Numbered from the stretch's first letter, positions 7,625 through 17,658 are shown. The stretch: 64,000 bases of DNA from Vampirovibrionaceae bacterium NZW_1234 (GCA_041697335.1 JBGUGD010000004.1:64001-128000), one strand, 5' to 3'. Numbers and translations: made by a program. Notes: generated by a model from the sequence alone, not told the origin.

Positions 7625-9316
7625 ATGACCCTTATCACTCCGAGCCAACGCCCCATAAATCTTCAAAGCCAGTCGCTACGATTTGGCAGTGGGATGGCTG
7701 CGCCTGCCAAAAAGGGGTCTTCCGTGGGGCAATTCCTGAAAGAGCTGCACAGCAATCGAGCCACCGGGATGATCATTGAGGACATCTTTGGCTTTGTCAT
7801 TTTCCGTACTCTATTAGACCTGTATCGCCAATATTTCTTCGAGAAAACAGAAGATAATCAGCCTAAGCTCAATTTGCCTGCGGCAAAAGAGCGTTTGTAT
7901 CGGGAATTTGCATCTATTTTTACGGATAACTTTATGGGTGGGATCTTGGCTTATACCATTGGTGCCGGTGTTACACGCCTAGGATCCCGTAATGTCGCTA
8001 ACCAGTTTATTTCCCACGAAACCCTGGAACTCTTCCAAAAAGTGGTTGGCAACGGCAAGACGATCCGGTCTAGCGGTGACTTCATTCGCCAGCTGTGTAC
8101 CCACTTATATGGCCAGGGAGCCACAAGTGCTGATGTGGCGGCCATGATGAACAAGGTCATTTATCCTCAAAGTAAAGCCGATTTAACGAAGAAAGCCATG
8201 GAGATTGCTAAAAAGCTGGGCTTGAAGACCATGGATATCCCCGGCAAGCCGTATACCGTCAACGGGATCATGGACGATGCCTCGTTGTTTATCAAACAGA
8301 TGGGCAAGAATAAGTCTGTCTGGGCAAAATCTGGCTGGGGAGTTGAGGCCAAATCGGTTCTTGCCAATACAGCAAGGTTAAACAAATGGCGAATTCCCAT
8401 CAGTATTGGGGCCGCGATGGCGCTGACTTTTGCTGTGCCCTATGTCATTCGGGCCATGACTCGAAAGGAATATGGGATTGACAGTTATCCTGGAGAGATG
8501 GGGTTACGTCAACTCAAGAAAGTAGATAATCAGGCCCAAGAGAAGAAGACCTGGTTACAGAATGCCTTTCCTTATCTCAATGAAAGCCTGAAGAATGGCA
8601 ATCCGGTTCCCTTGTTACTCTCGTTGGTTCCTTTGCCATTTGCGGCTGGGCTCATTAATTCAACCAACCTTTCGAATGGAGTGTGGAATAAGGTATTAAA
8701 CCTGCCTGGAAAAGGTTTTCTGGAACGTCTGACCAAGATGTTTCAGTTTGGCAAGGGCTTTCCCTTTACTACGCAACAACAAATGGCGTCATGCTTTGCG
8801 TTTCTGATAGCCTCTCGTCTGATGACCTCGCGAAGTGACATTGAATTTCGGGAGCGAATGGTAGACTCCTTCCTGGGCTGGTCCGTGTGGATTCTGGCAA
8901 CGCCGATGCTCAAGCGAATGTTTGCCCAATGGTGGGATAAAACCAACAAGACACAGCTCACCAAGACGGTTGGCAAACAGGTGATGCTCCGGACCGAAGC
9001 CGAGATTGCCATGTTGCCCAAAGCCATTCGAGGCGTCACCTCTCGTATCTTTACCCGGATGAACTGGGTGACCTTAGGAATTACTGTGGCCATGCTTGGG
9101 ATTGTAGAGCCATTGATCGGCATTAAGTGGACAGAATGGCAGGCCAAGCGCGACAAAAAGAAGCAGGCCGCTCAAGCTGAGGCAAGCCAAAAGATGCAAC
9201 CAGCGATTGATTTGGAGATTTTAATGAAGCAATTGCAAGCTCGCCAGAAGCTGCAGACCAGTCTTGTTGGCAATCGCTTCTTCGCTGCTGGCAATACTGC
9301 ATCAAATCGGGCGTAA
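7625..9316 (+). CDS. uncharacterised multi-pass membrane protein
   Basis: 563-aa ORF with several hydrophobic segments; similar 'ERLYREFASIF' and 'EFRERMVDSF' halves hint at internal duplication. Confidence 0.8.
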   Translation: MTLITPSQRPINLQSQSLRFGSGMAAPAKKGSSVGQFLKELHSNRATGMIIEDIFGFVIFRTLLDLYRQYFFEKTEDNQPKLNLPAAKERLYREFASIFTDNFMGGILAYTIGAGVTRLGSRNVANQFISHETLELFQKVVGNGKTIRSSGDFIRQLCTHLYGQGATSADVAAMMNKVIYPQSKADLTKKAMEIAKKLGLKTMDIPGKPYTVNGIMDDASLFIKQMGKNKSVWAKSGWGVEAKSVLANTARLNKWRIPISIGAAMALTFAVPYVIRAMTRKEYGIDSYPGEMGLRQLKKVDNQAQEKKTWLQNAFPYLNESLKNGNPVPLLLSLVPLPFAAGLINSTNLSNGVWNKVLNLPGKGFLERLTKMFQFGKGFPFTTQQQMASCFAFLIASRLMTSRSDIEFRERMVDSFLGWSVWILATPMLKRMFAQWWDKTNKTQLTKTVGKQVMLRTEAEIAMLPKAIRGVTSRIFTRMNWVTLGITVAMLGIVEPLIGIKWTEWQAKRDKKKQAAQAEASQKMQPAIDLEILMKQLQARQKLQTSLVGNRFFAAGNTASNRA

Positions 9317-9507
9317 TCGGGCATATGGTAAAATCAACATGGGTGATGGGGATGACTCCAAAGGACCCTGCTTCATTGCAGCATAAGAACGCAGCAAATT
9401 ATTAACAATTGTGAAGAACGTCCCGGAAAGCTATCACAAAACCGGCTTGAGGGGAGTTTATGAACTATCTTTAGAACACAGAACGATGTTGAGGAGGAAA
9501 CCCGTTT

Positions 9508-10044
9508 ATGGTGCTTCAGGCGCAAATTGCGCAACAGTTGGAGCAAGGTCTGGTAAAGCATGGCCCCGAAGTGATGGCTAAGCTTGGCCTGTCTCGTTTC
9601 ATTCCGGCAGCTGTCTTAACGACGTTTTTGACGACCATCGCCACCCCCATGGTGTTGGATCTATTTCACAAGCTCTTTAAAGTTGTCTCTTCGATTGTGA
9701 CCTATCCCTTTCGGGCCTTTAGTAACAAGGTTGAAGAGACAATAAAGAAACGGGAAAAGCCAACGAAACCCGTGGAAGATGATACAGACATTGGCGATGT
9801 GGAAACACCCGCCGGTGGTAAGTTGGATGTTCTGGATGGGAAGCTTGATGAGATCGCCAACAAGTTGGGACGTTTAAATACCATTTCCAAACGTCTGGAT
9901 GCCTTAGAGAAACGGGTTAAAGCCGTTGAAGGACTCGAGGCTCCCGAGCAGCAAGGCAAGGTCAAAAAGAGTGCCCACCCGGATGTGGTGCGGCGGGCCA
10001 TTGCCGATCCTGCGCGTCGGGATCGCCTGTTCTCCAACAACTAG
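9508..10044 (+). CDS. hypothetical protein, N-terminal hydrophobic helix plus coiled coil
   Basis: GAGGAGG RBS; heptad LDGKLDEIANKLGRL...LDALEKRV. Confidence 0.75.
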   Translation: MVLQAQIAQQLEQGLVKHGPEVMAKLGLSRFIPAAVLTTFLTTIATPMVLDLFHKLFKVVSSIVTYPFRAFSNKVEETIKKREKPTKPVEDDTDIGDVETPAGGKLDVLDGKLDEIANKLGRLNTISKRLDALEKRVKAVEGLEAPEQQGKVKKSAHPDVVRRAIADPARRDRLFSNN

Positions 10045-10193
10045 GCATTATCATTTGTCCCGTTTGATGAGCAGGACAGTGCGCTTGCTTGCCAAGCCAG
10101 GTTTAAAATGCCAACGTTGTGGGAATAATAGTCAAAAAACGCCACCAAACGGGTGTGTTCCCCGGTACATCTCGTAAAACGAATCGTTTGCTT

Positions 10194-10375
10194 CGTTAAA
10201 GCGCGACAAATCTCGACAAAACGCGTCGAAACCCCTGTTTTTTTAAGTGTTGTTCCTGGAAATCCTTGCTATTAAGGCGTCTTCCCTGGTTAATGTTTTG
10301 GAATTGACGCGAAACCGACGCGCAAGTGTCGATCCGCTGTCGATCGACTGACGTGATTCTGTCGCATGAGTGTCG
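10194..10375. repeat. two inverted arrays of helically phased YGWCG pentamers
   Basis: YGWCG at 10305, 10316, 10327, 10338, 10349, 10360, 10371 (11-bp period); inverse CGWCR at 10204, 10214, 10224 plus CGTTA at 10194 (10-bp period). Confidence 0.8.
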
Positions 10376-10555
10376 ATTCCAGAGGTACTCTGCTGAGGCC
10401 ATGGGTGTTACGGCAAGAAGCCCCTCTGACAACAATCAGCGGCAGGTATCACCAAGCCCTTAGGGGTGTCGTCATGTCAGGCAGAGTTTACGTTTGGTTA
10501 CGAAACCTTGACCTGAAGCCTGGATATGAGACAATTCTAAACTTGTTGTAGTAAT

Positions 10556-11650
10556 GTGTTGGGACTGAGGATGAGAACGGAGCGAACGGCCTGGCCTACT
10601 GTGCGAATGGCTGGAACAACCAAAACAGCGGCGGGTTCTGGTGTTATAAACCCCTTGATAGGTATTAAGCAACTTGCCCGTACGGTTTCCTGGAAACCCC
10701 AGGAGGCTGAGCCAGTAAAGTCCTCTTCGATTCTTCTGCCCACGGATATTCCCAAAACACGAACCCCGGAGCAGTTTATCCAACATAGTCTTGTAGATGG
10801 TGTGATTGCTTACTACCAGACGATTCAGGAGGCGTTGAAGCCTCTGGAGAGTACTTCAAAAACACAAGGGGGCATTCATCAGGTACCCAAGTTAGGTTTA
10901 TCTGTTCTCACGGATGATCGGTTGACGAAACTGGAGCAGGCCCGTAAGGCGTTTCAGGAAGTGCGTCTGGATATGGAAATTCAAGGGATTCACCAATTAG
11001 ACATGCCCTCTTTAGCGACCAAGACGTTACCGGCTGGGCCTATTTCCCAGCAGCGTGAGGCGTTTCTAGAAATGGCAATTTCGGAGGAGGGGCGTGAGTG
11101 GTTATGGCAGACCGCCCATCGTTTATTCCGTATTTCCCAATCATTAGCCCCAGAGATACCCATCTCCGATGTGCCCTCTTCAGACTCTCAAGATAAAGGT
11201 GATTCGTCTCACACGACGGTTCAGGCCTACCTGGACCGGGTTAAACAACTTTCCTCCAGAACGCCCGAGTGGTATGAATCCCGAGGGACTGCCAAAGCCA
11301 TATTGTCTTACTATCGGCGCTTGGAAAAAGTTTTATCGCTCGATCCTATCCAACTGATGAAATCATCTGCAGCGACAGCGACTTGGATTCCGGGTAAGGG
11401 GTTACAGACGCATGGTGTCGCTGAGAAGTCGGTTGTGATGCCTCAGGTTTCTTTGCCCAACCTGTTGGCTGCTTCGAAAACCTTTGAGGCACTGCAGGCT
11501 TCGCCGCTGCTTGCTCCTTTAAAGGATAAGCCTGTAAAACAACAAGTATCATACTTGCTGAATCAGGCTTTAAAACAGCCTCATACGGCAAAGCATACAG
11601 CAACACAGCTCTTCGAATTGCTGGATTCATTAACTATGCCTAAGCTTTAG
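10556..11650 (+). CDS. hypothetical protein (start uncertain, possibly ATG 10571)
   Basis: 364-aa ORF; no family motif recognised. Confidence 0.7.
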   Translation: MLGLRMRTERTAWPTVRMAGTTKTAAGSGVINPLIGIKQLARTVSWKPQEAEPVKSSSILLPTDIPKTRTPEQFIQHSLVDGVIAYYQTIQEALKPLESTSKTQGGIHQVPKLGLSVLTDDRLTKLEQARKAFQEVRLDMEIQGIHQLDMPSLATKTLPAGPISQQREAFLEMAISEEGREWLWQTAHRLFRISQSLAPEIPISDVPSSDSQDKGDSSHTTVQAYLDRVKQLSSRTPEWYESRGTAKAILSYYRRLEKVLSLDPIQLMKSSAATATWIPGKGLQTHGVAEKSVVMPQVSLPNLLAASKTFEALQASPLLAPLKDKPVKQQVSYLLNQALKQPHTAKHTATQLFELLDSLTMPKL

Positions 11651-11668
11651 GGGCAGGGCTGCGTTCGA

Positions 11669-12631
11669 TTAGAAATGCAGCTGAAGCACTCGATTATCGG
11701 CTTCGGTACGCATATCCACCGGCGTCAGTTTATTGGCAAATTGAACAACCACGCGTACTGTGGACTCGTCAAATTGGCCCGCTTTGCAGCTTTGAATGTT
11801 AGGGTTGTTCTGAGGAATAGCCCGCATCAAGGATTTGGAAGCCAACACCGCCGGGGAAATATCGACCACATAGCGGTCAGGTTCACTCAGGGTAAAACTC
11901 TTTTTAACTGATATCGGGGTCTTGGCCGAAACCAATGTCAGCGTGTTTTCGTCGAAGTATATGTCATGAATGACACTTAAGAGTGAATTTGAAACAGGGC
12001 CCAGTACTGAATCCACTGTATCCGAGGAGCTATGGGTTGAAGGGGTGGCGTTACGCGGGTCTTCAGCTGTCCTAGAGGGGGGCTGAGAGGCAGATGATCT
12101 GAGTGGGATAGCGTCCGTATCTGCCGATTTTTCGCTGCTGGATACCCCATTCGCTTCGGCTTGGAGGCTTGGGGATTGGACAGCCCCTGCAAAAAACACT
12201 CGAGGGTTTTTCGCTCGTAAAAACACGATTTTTAGACCTTTAGTATCGGCCTCCGTGGAAATCGGTATGGTGGGGGCGGTTGAATAGAGGTCTACGTCGA
12301 CTTTGACGGCAGGAATTCCTTCAATGGCTCGCTGGTTGAGGGTAATGCTTTTAACGATAGGGTCATCCTGAATCGGCAGGGTTAGGGGAGTAGGTTGCAG
12401 TGTGGTATTCGGGAGCAAAAAGGAAACTTGTCTGAGTCGGGTGTTATGGCTTAATTTACTCGGTTCAAATGGAGCTTGAGTGGTATTTTCTATCAATAAT
12501 TCCCCGTTCAGCGAGTCGTATTGGATTTGTTTAATCAGTTTACTGGGAGTATCGCTCCAAGCAGCAGGGACCAAGGTGCTAATACCTAGAAATAAAGATA
12601 GACAAACAGCTGTCATCTTGGGTAAGTGCAT
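11669..12631 (-). CDS. secreted AMIN-domain protein
   Basis: Signal peptide from MHLPKM; C-terminal FTLSEPDRYVVDI...GQFDESTVRVVV AMIN motif; no amidase domain. Confidence 0.8.
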   Translation of the reverse strand: MHLPKMTAVCLSLFLGISTLVPAAWSDTPSKLIKQIQYDSLNGELLIENTTQAPFEPSKLSHNTRLRQVSFLLPNTTLQPTPLTLPIQDDPIVKSITLNQRAIEGIPAVKVDVDLYSTAPTIPISTEADTKGLKIVFLRAKNPRVFFAGAVQSPSLQAEANGVSSSEKSADTDAIPLRSSASQPPSRTAEDPRNATPSTHSSSDTVDSVLGPVSNSLLSVIHDIYFDENTLTLVSAKTPISVKKSFTLSEPDRYVVDISPAVLASKSLMRAIPQNNPNIQSCKAGQFDESTVRVVVQFANKLTPVDMRTEADNRVLQLHF

Positions 12632-12889
12632 TTGCCGCTCCCTTCGAACCATTTAAAACACGTATTGCTATATGATAACAGCTGAATCGGCTTTTGCGCC
12701 AACCCATATCGATGCTGTGGAAAACCGGGGCGGTATCGTGTGGGTTAAGTCTGGATGCTTCATAGGCCACTATGTGGAGGATATTGCAAAAATTTACAAG
12801 ATTTACTCACAGTTTTTGGGGAATCAACCGATACTTCCGCATTACTGTACATTGGTCCACATGGGTGGCCACTGGAGGAAAGACATCCT

Positions 12890-13594
12890 ATGCGTCGTGG
12901 AGTCGCAGGCTTTACACTTGCCGAACTTTTGATTGCGCTGGCCTTGCTAGGGGTCATTGCAGCCTTTACCATTCCTAAGGTCTTGCAGACATCGGGAGTC
13001 CAGGAAGCAACCGCAAAAACCGTGGAAGCCATTGCAACACTGGAGCAGGCATTTTATATTTTGCGCCTTCAGAATGCCGTGGATCCGGAAAAAGACCTCT
13101 ATGGCAATCTGAACCCTATCCTGAACTCAATAGCAGGCTCACCCGAGGCTGCAGATGCAGCCAATGGACCCTATGGGGGTTCAGAGTTTCAGGGGCAGAA
13201 TGGAACCCCACACCCCTGTACCAGCTCCGCCCTGAGCGGGAAAAAAGGATGGATCGTTCTGCCCAGCGGGGTGGTCATTTCCGGTTTGGCGGAAAATGAG
13301 CTGTTAACCGAGCCACCTCAAAATAACGGCACGCAACCGAATGTGAATGTATGTTTTGACTATAACGGAGCCAAGCCCCCTAATCGGGTGGGTAGTGATG
13401 TCTTTGTGGGCACTTTTAATCAGTGGGGTGACTTTGATGTGGGGCAAGGCACGGCATTTACCCCAAGAGATGGTCAGAAAGCGTTTTATTGGGGGAATAA
13501 CCAGGAAATTGTTTTTGGCCGTAATGGTGCACGTTTAGATACCGCTCCCTGGAATACCACGCTGGGCAGTGCCGGGAATGTTCTGGTTCGATAA
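12890..13594 (+). CDS. type IV pilin-like protein
   Basis: GGAGG RBS; MRRGVAG|FTLAELLIALALLGVIAAFTIPKV; DYNGAKPPNRVGSDVF motif. Confidence 0.9.
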   Translation: MRRGVAGFTLAELLIALALLGVIAAFTIPKVLQTSGVQEATAKTVEAIATLEQAFYILRLQNAVDPEKDLYGNLNPILNSIAGSPEAADAANGPYGGSEFQGQNGTPHPCTSSALSGKKGWIVLPSGVVISGLAENELLTEPPQNNGTQPNVNVCFDYNGAKPPNRVGSDVFVGTFNQWGDFDVGQGTAFTPRDGQKAFYWGNNQEIVFGRNGARLDTAPWNTTLGSAGNVLVR

Positions 13595-13610
13595 AATAGT
13601 TTGAAATACG

Positions 13611-14450
13611 TTACACAGGGCGAGATAAGCGGCCACGTACCAAATCCGCAGCAGTAGTTAATTCTTCCACTTTGGTTAAGTCCATTGTGGGGCGAAGGTC
13701 TTGCGTCGTTACCGGAGACTTTTTCAAGGTCTGAGAAACGACCAGGCCATCTGCAGCTTCAAGATACAAGCTTGAATCGGCAATTAACTGGTTAAATTCA
13801 TAGAAAACAGGAGCATCAATGCCCTGAGAGACCTGTTGAATCTCTTGTGGTGACAGATGAGTGTCTTTCAGGATGATGCCGTCAGCGCCTCCGGGTTCAA
13901 GGGCCTGAAGCGCCAAAGATTTCAGTGAGAGCTGGTCGGAGTGCTCCAGATGACTCATTTTAGGAACCATCCGGTCGAGAGACACATCCGCATAAATGGC
14001 AATGTCTTCCACCTGAAGGCTATGTTTATAGGCCAACAGATCGCGATACTTGCCTTCCAGAAGTCCGGCATCGGAAATGCCCACCCCCGTAAGAAGGTTC
14101 ACCCGGATGAATTTAGCGCCAACGTTCATGGCAATGGCCAGGGCTGTTTCCGGGTCGTTGCGAAGCACATTAATGCCAATGGGCAAGTGAGTAAAGTGCA
14201 TAATTCGGCGAATAATCAAGCCCATGGCAATGGCGCCGGCCATATCCATGCGCTCGGCAGCATAGGGGGCATCAAAGGTATTTTCCACAAGAATGCCATC
14301 CACACCCCCGGTGGCCAAAGCAGTGGCCTCCTGTTCTGCCCGGGCAATCACCTGATCAATACGCCCATTCCACCCGATGGAGCCGGGGAGGGGAAGAAGT
14401 TGCAAAACACCGATAATGGGTTTTGGTTTATCAAAGACTTTTGAATTCAT
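13611..14450 (-). CDS. btpA: BtpA/SgcQ-family TIM-barrel protein
   Basis: KPIIGVLQLLPLPGS, GVDGILVEN, PIGINVLRND, GAKFIRVN. Confidence 0.85.
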   Translation of the reverse strand: MNSKVFDKPKPIIGVLQLLPLPGSIGWNGRIDQVIARAEQEATALATGGVDGILVENTFDAPYAAERMDMAGAIAMGLIIRRIMHFTHLPIGINVLRNDPETALAIAMNVGAKFIRVNLLTGVGISDAGLLEGKYRDLLAYKHSLQVEDIAIYADVSLDRMVPKMSHLEHSDQLSLKSLALQALEPGGADGIILKDTHLSPQEIQQVSQGIDAPVFYEFNQLIADSSLYLEAADGLVVSQTLKKSPVTTQDLRPTMDLTKVEELTTAADLVRGRLSRPV

Positions 14451-14494
14451 ACTGTTTATTTTAATCTGTCATTGTAGAAAATAAAGAGGGAACG

Positions 14495-15850
14495 ATGCGC
14501 CATCCGATAGTTGCCATTGTAGGTCGGCCCAATGTGGGAAAATCCACCTTGGTAAACCGAATTGTTGGGTCTCGACAAGCGATTGTCGATGACCTTCCTG
14601 GGGTTACACGAGATAGGGCCTATTATGACGGTGAATGGCTTGGAAAGCGTTTTGTGCTCGTGGACACAGGTGGCTTAGCGCCTGGAGAAGAAGATTTATT
14701 TGCCAGTAAGGTCAACGAACAGGTCGTCGTTGCCTTGGAAGAAGCCGATGTCGTGGTCTTTGTTGTCGATGCGGTCACGGGGATTACGGAAACCGATCGG
14801 GAAGTGGCGCGCTTGCTCAGAAAGTTTGACAAGCCCGTTCTCTTGGCCGTCAACAAAGTGGATACCAAAGCCCAGTTAGGTGATGCCGCTGAATTCTATG
14901 GTTTGAGTCTTGGAGATCCTTTGCCCATCTCTGCCATGCATGGCACGGTGGGCGTGGGTGATATGTTAGACAAAATCTTTGAGGCCATCAAAACCTTACC
15001 CTATTTCGATGATTTGACCTTTGCAGAAGAAAACCCCAAAACCCTCCGTTTGGCCTTTGTGGGGCGTCCCAATGTGGGTAAGTCGTCCCTGGTAAACCAA
15101 TTGATTGGTGAAGAGAGAACCATTGTGAGTGATGTGGCAGGCACGACACGTGATGCCATTGATACTGATGTCGAATGGCATGACTACACCTTTACCTTGG
15201 TCGATACGGCCGGGATTCGTAAAAAGGGAAAAGTGTCTTATGGCGTGGAAATGTTCTCTGTGGATCGGGCCATTCGCTCGTTAAGAAGAGCGGACATTAC
15301 CGTTTTGGTGATTGATGCTACCGAAGGTGTCACCGATCAGGACAAGCGCATCATTGAAACCAGCAATAAGGCCGGTAAAGGCTTACTGTTGGTGATGAAC
15401 AAATGGGACCTGATTCCCGAGAAGTCGACCAAGTCCACCAAGGAGGCAGAGAAAAAGCTTTACGCTGAAATCCCCCATGCAGCATTTGCGCCGGTCATTT
15501 TTACCAGTGCCATCACCAGACAGCGTGTCGAGCGGATTTTCGAGATGGCCCTGAAGATACACGAGAATGCCCAACGACGGATTCAGACCAGTGTCGTCAA
15601 TCAACTTCTGCTGGATGCCTATACCTCTTCTCCGCCACCGCCCTTCAAGAACAAGCGACTTAAGATTTATTACGGCACTCAGGTCGATGTCTCTCCTCCC
15701 ACGTTTCTCTTATTCGTCAACAGTGATAAACTACTCAAGGATTCGTACAAGCGCTATCTTGAAAATCGAATCCGCGCCAACATTGAGTTCATGGGAACCC
15801 CGTTGGTGCTTGCATGTCGCAGCAAGGATGAGAAGGATACCAAGGGATGA
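14495..15850 (+). CDS. der: ribosome biogenesis GTPase Der/EngA
   Basis: Two GRPNVGKS G-domains and KH-like C-terminus. Confidence 0.98.
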   Translation: MRHPIVAIVGRPNVGKSTLVNRIVGSRQAIVDDLPGVTRDRAYYDGEWLGKRFVLVDTGGLAPGEEDLFASKVNEQVVVALEEADVVVFVVDAVTGITETDREVARLLRKFDKPVLLAVNKVDTKAQLGDAAEFYGLSLGDPLPISAMHGTVGVGDMLDKIFEAIKTLPYFDDLTFAEENPKTLRLAFVGRPNVGKSSLVNQLIGEERTIVSDVAGTTRDAIDTDVEWHDYTFTLVDTAGIRKKGKVSYGVEMFSVDRAIRSLRRADITVLVIDATEGVTDQDKRIIETSNKAGKGLLLVMNKWDLIPEKSTKSTKEAEKKLYAEIPHAAFAPVIFTSAITRQRVERIFEMALKIHENAQRRIQTSVVNQLLLDAYTSSPPPPFKNKRLKIYYGTQVDVSPPTFLLFVNSDKLLKDSYKRYLENRIRANIEFMGTPLVLACRSKDEKDTKG

Positions 15851-16446
15851 CCTTGAACGCCATACTCTACATTCTGTTTGCTTATCTTGTGGGGGCTGTC
15901 CCATTTGGGTACATCATTGCGAAACAGCTAAAAGGAATTGATATCCGAGAGCATGGCAGTGGCAATGTGGGTGCAACCAATGTCAAACGGGTTGTGGGGA
16001 ATAAAGCAGGCTTGGCAACGTTGGTTTTGGATGGGTTGAAAGGGGCACTGGCGGTTTTAGGAGCAAAGCTTCTGTTCCCCGTCTCTGCCGATGCTTATGA
16101 ATTGGTTCCGGTTTTGGCGGGGGTGGCCGCTATTTTAGGACACAGCAAGTCGGTCTTTATTGGGTTCAAAGGGGGGAAATCGGTGATTACCAGCCTTGGG
16201 GTCATTGTGGTTTTAGAGCCTTTGGTAGCCTTGGTGGTGGCACCCATTGCCATTGGCGTCATGAAGCTGACCCGTTATGTTTCTGTAGGGTCTATGCTTG
16301 GGGCGGTCTTGGCCCCTATTGCTGTGTGGTTCCTCCATGGGCCCTTAAGCCATTTGGTTTTGTTTACATTTATGGCGCTCTATATTGTCTATCTGCATCG
16401 AAGCAATATTCAACGGCTGCTTCAGCACCAGGAGAATCGGATATGA
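15847..16446 (+). CDS. plsY: glycerol-3-phosphate acyltransferase PlsY
   Basis: DIREHGSGNVGATN, GH and FKGGK motifs; ATGA coupling to der. Confidence 0.96.
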   Translation: MTLNAILYILFAYLVGAVPFGYIIAKQLKGIDIREHGSGNVGATNVKRVVGNKAGLATLVLDGLKGALAVLGAKLLFPVSADAYELVPVLAGVAAILGHSKSVFIGFKGGKSVITSLGVIVVLEPLVALVVAPIAIGVMKLTRYVSVGSMLGAVLAPIAVWFLHGPLSHLVLFTFMALYIVYLHRSNIQRLLQHQENRI

Positions 16447-17477
16447 AGATAGGAGTCTTAGGCGCAGGCAGTTGGGGATTAACGTTATCATGGCTTTGGG
16501 CGAATCCACCTGCTGCAGTGCACGGCAAGGTGGTCGAGTCCGCCGATGTTTGGCTGTGGGATCGAAAGCTGGAGAAGATTCAGGCCATTTCCCAAAACAG
16601 GCACCTAACCTTTCCGCTGGAAATGACCCTACCGGATAATGTGATGCTCGTTGAGAATCTTGCCCAAGAGTTGAAAGACACCAAAGTAGTGGTCTTGGCG
16701 GTGACAGCCGAAGGGACGCGTGATGTGTGTCGCCAGCTGGCTGAAGCCGGATTACCCAGAAGCGCCATTATTGTAAACACCTCAAAAGGTATTGAGCTGA
16801 CCTCGTTGAAGCGCTTGTCTCAAGTGATTCAAGAAGAGCTGCCCCGCAATCCCCAGGCCGTGTTATCGGGGCCTACGTTGGCAAAAGAAATGTTGCTGGG
16901 GCTACCCACAGCCGCCTCTATTGCCTCTGAAGACCTCGATATTGCCGAGCAACTCCAAACCTGCTTAACTCGCGACTACCGTCTTCGGCTATACTCCAAT
17001 CCCGATGTCACCGGCGTGGAGTTGGGCGGTGCCTTGAAGAACATATTTGCCATTAGTAGCGGTTATATTTCTGGGAAAAATCTGGGTGACAATGCCCGAG
17101 CAGCTTTGTTAACTCGAGGGCTTGCTGAGATGACTCGCTTTAGCCTTCGTCTGGGAGCTCAAGAGATGACTTTATATGGCTTAAGCGGTCTGGGTGACCT
17201 TTTGGCAACCAGTAACAGTCCCTTGAGCCGGAATTTTCAGGTCGGGCACATGTTGGCTCAAGGCAAAACCTTGCCTGAAATTCTGACCGAGATCAAGGTG
17301 GTAGCTGAGGGCGTGCAGACGGCACAGGCCGTCAATCGTCTCGCTCAGAAACTGGATTTGGATATGCCCATTGTGCATGAAATCAACCGTGCTCTCTTTG
17401 AATCCCCGTCCGAGGATCTGTTGATTCGAAGCCTGATGAGCCGTAAATTGAAATCCGAGAAGGTTTCCACCGTCTAA
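16443..17477 (+). CDS. gpsA: NAD(P)H-dependent glycerol-3-phosphate dehydrogenase
   Basis: MKIGVLGAGSWG, GVELGGALKN, SGLGDLLAT, SRN. Confidence 0.96.
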   Translation: MKIGVLGAGSWGLTLSWLWANPPAAVHGKVVESADVWLWDRKLEKIQAISQNRHLTFPLEMTLPDNVMLVENLAQELKDTKVVVLAVTAEGTRDVCRQLAEAGLPRSAIIVNTSKGIELTSLKRLSQVIQEELPRNPQAVLSGPTLAKEMLLGLPTAASIASEDLDIAEQLQTCLTRDYRLRLYSNPDVTGVELGGALKNIFAISSGYISGKNLGDNARAALLTRGLAEMTRFSLRLGAQEMTLYGLSGLGDLLATSNSPLSRNFQVGHMLAQGKTLPEILTEIKVVAEGVQTAQAVNRLAQKLDLDMPIVHEINRALFESPSEDLLIRSLMSRKLKSEKVSTV

Positions 17478-17658
17478 ACTCTTATGCTGGTTTCAGCGAA
17501 TCAGGCTTTCTAATTTTGAGTCCCAGTACTTGTGACCGGTAATTGTCGAACGTCAGGTTTCAGCAATGGCGTTTGAGGCCGGATGAATACTGCCATGGAA
17601 TTGCCCTCTGTACAAGGTGGCTCCCGATGTTGGATGATAATGGAAGCTCGCAGTTGGA

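Noticed and set aside
10194..10375. oriC or dif site
   Set aside because: No TTATCCACA DnaA boxes or XerC/D consensus recognised; no dnaA nearby
17561..17625. ANTAR dual-hairpin or glutamine riboswitch upstream of amt
   Set aside because: Only one plausible AANGNN hexaloop hairpin (AGC-AATGGC-GTT); no well-paired second hairpin, terminator or NtcA GTA-N8-TAC site
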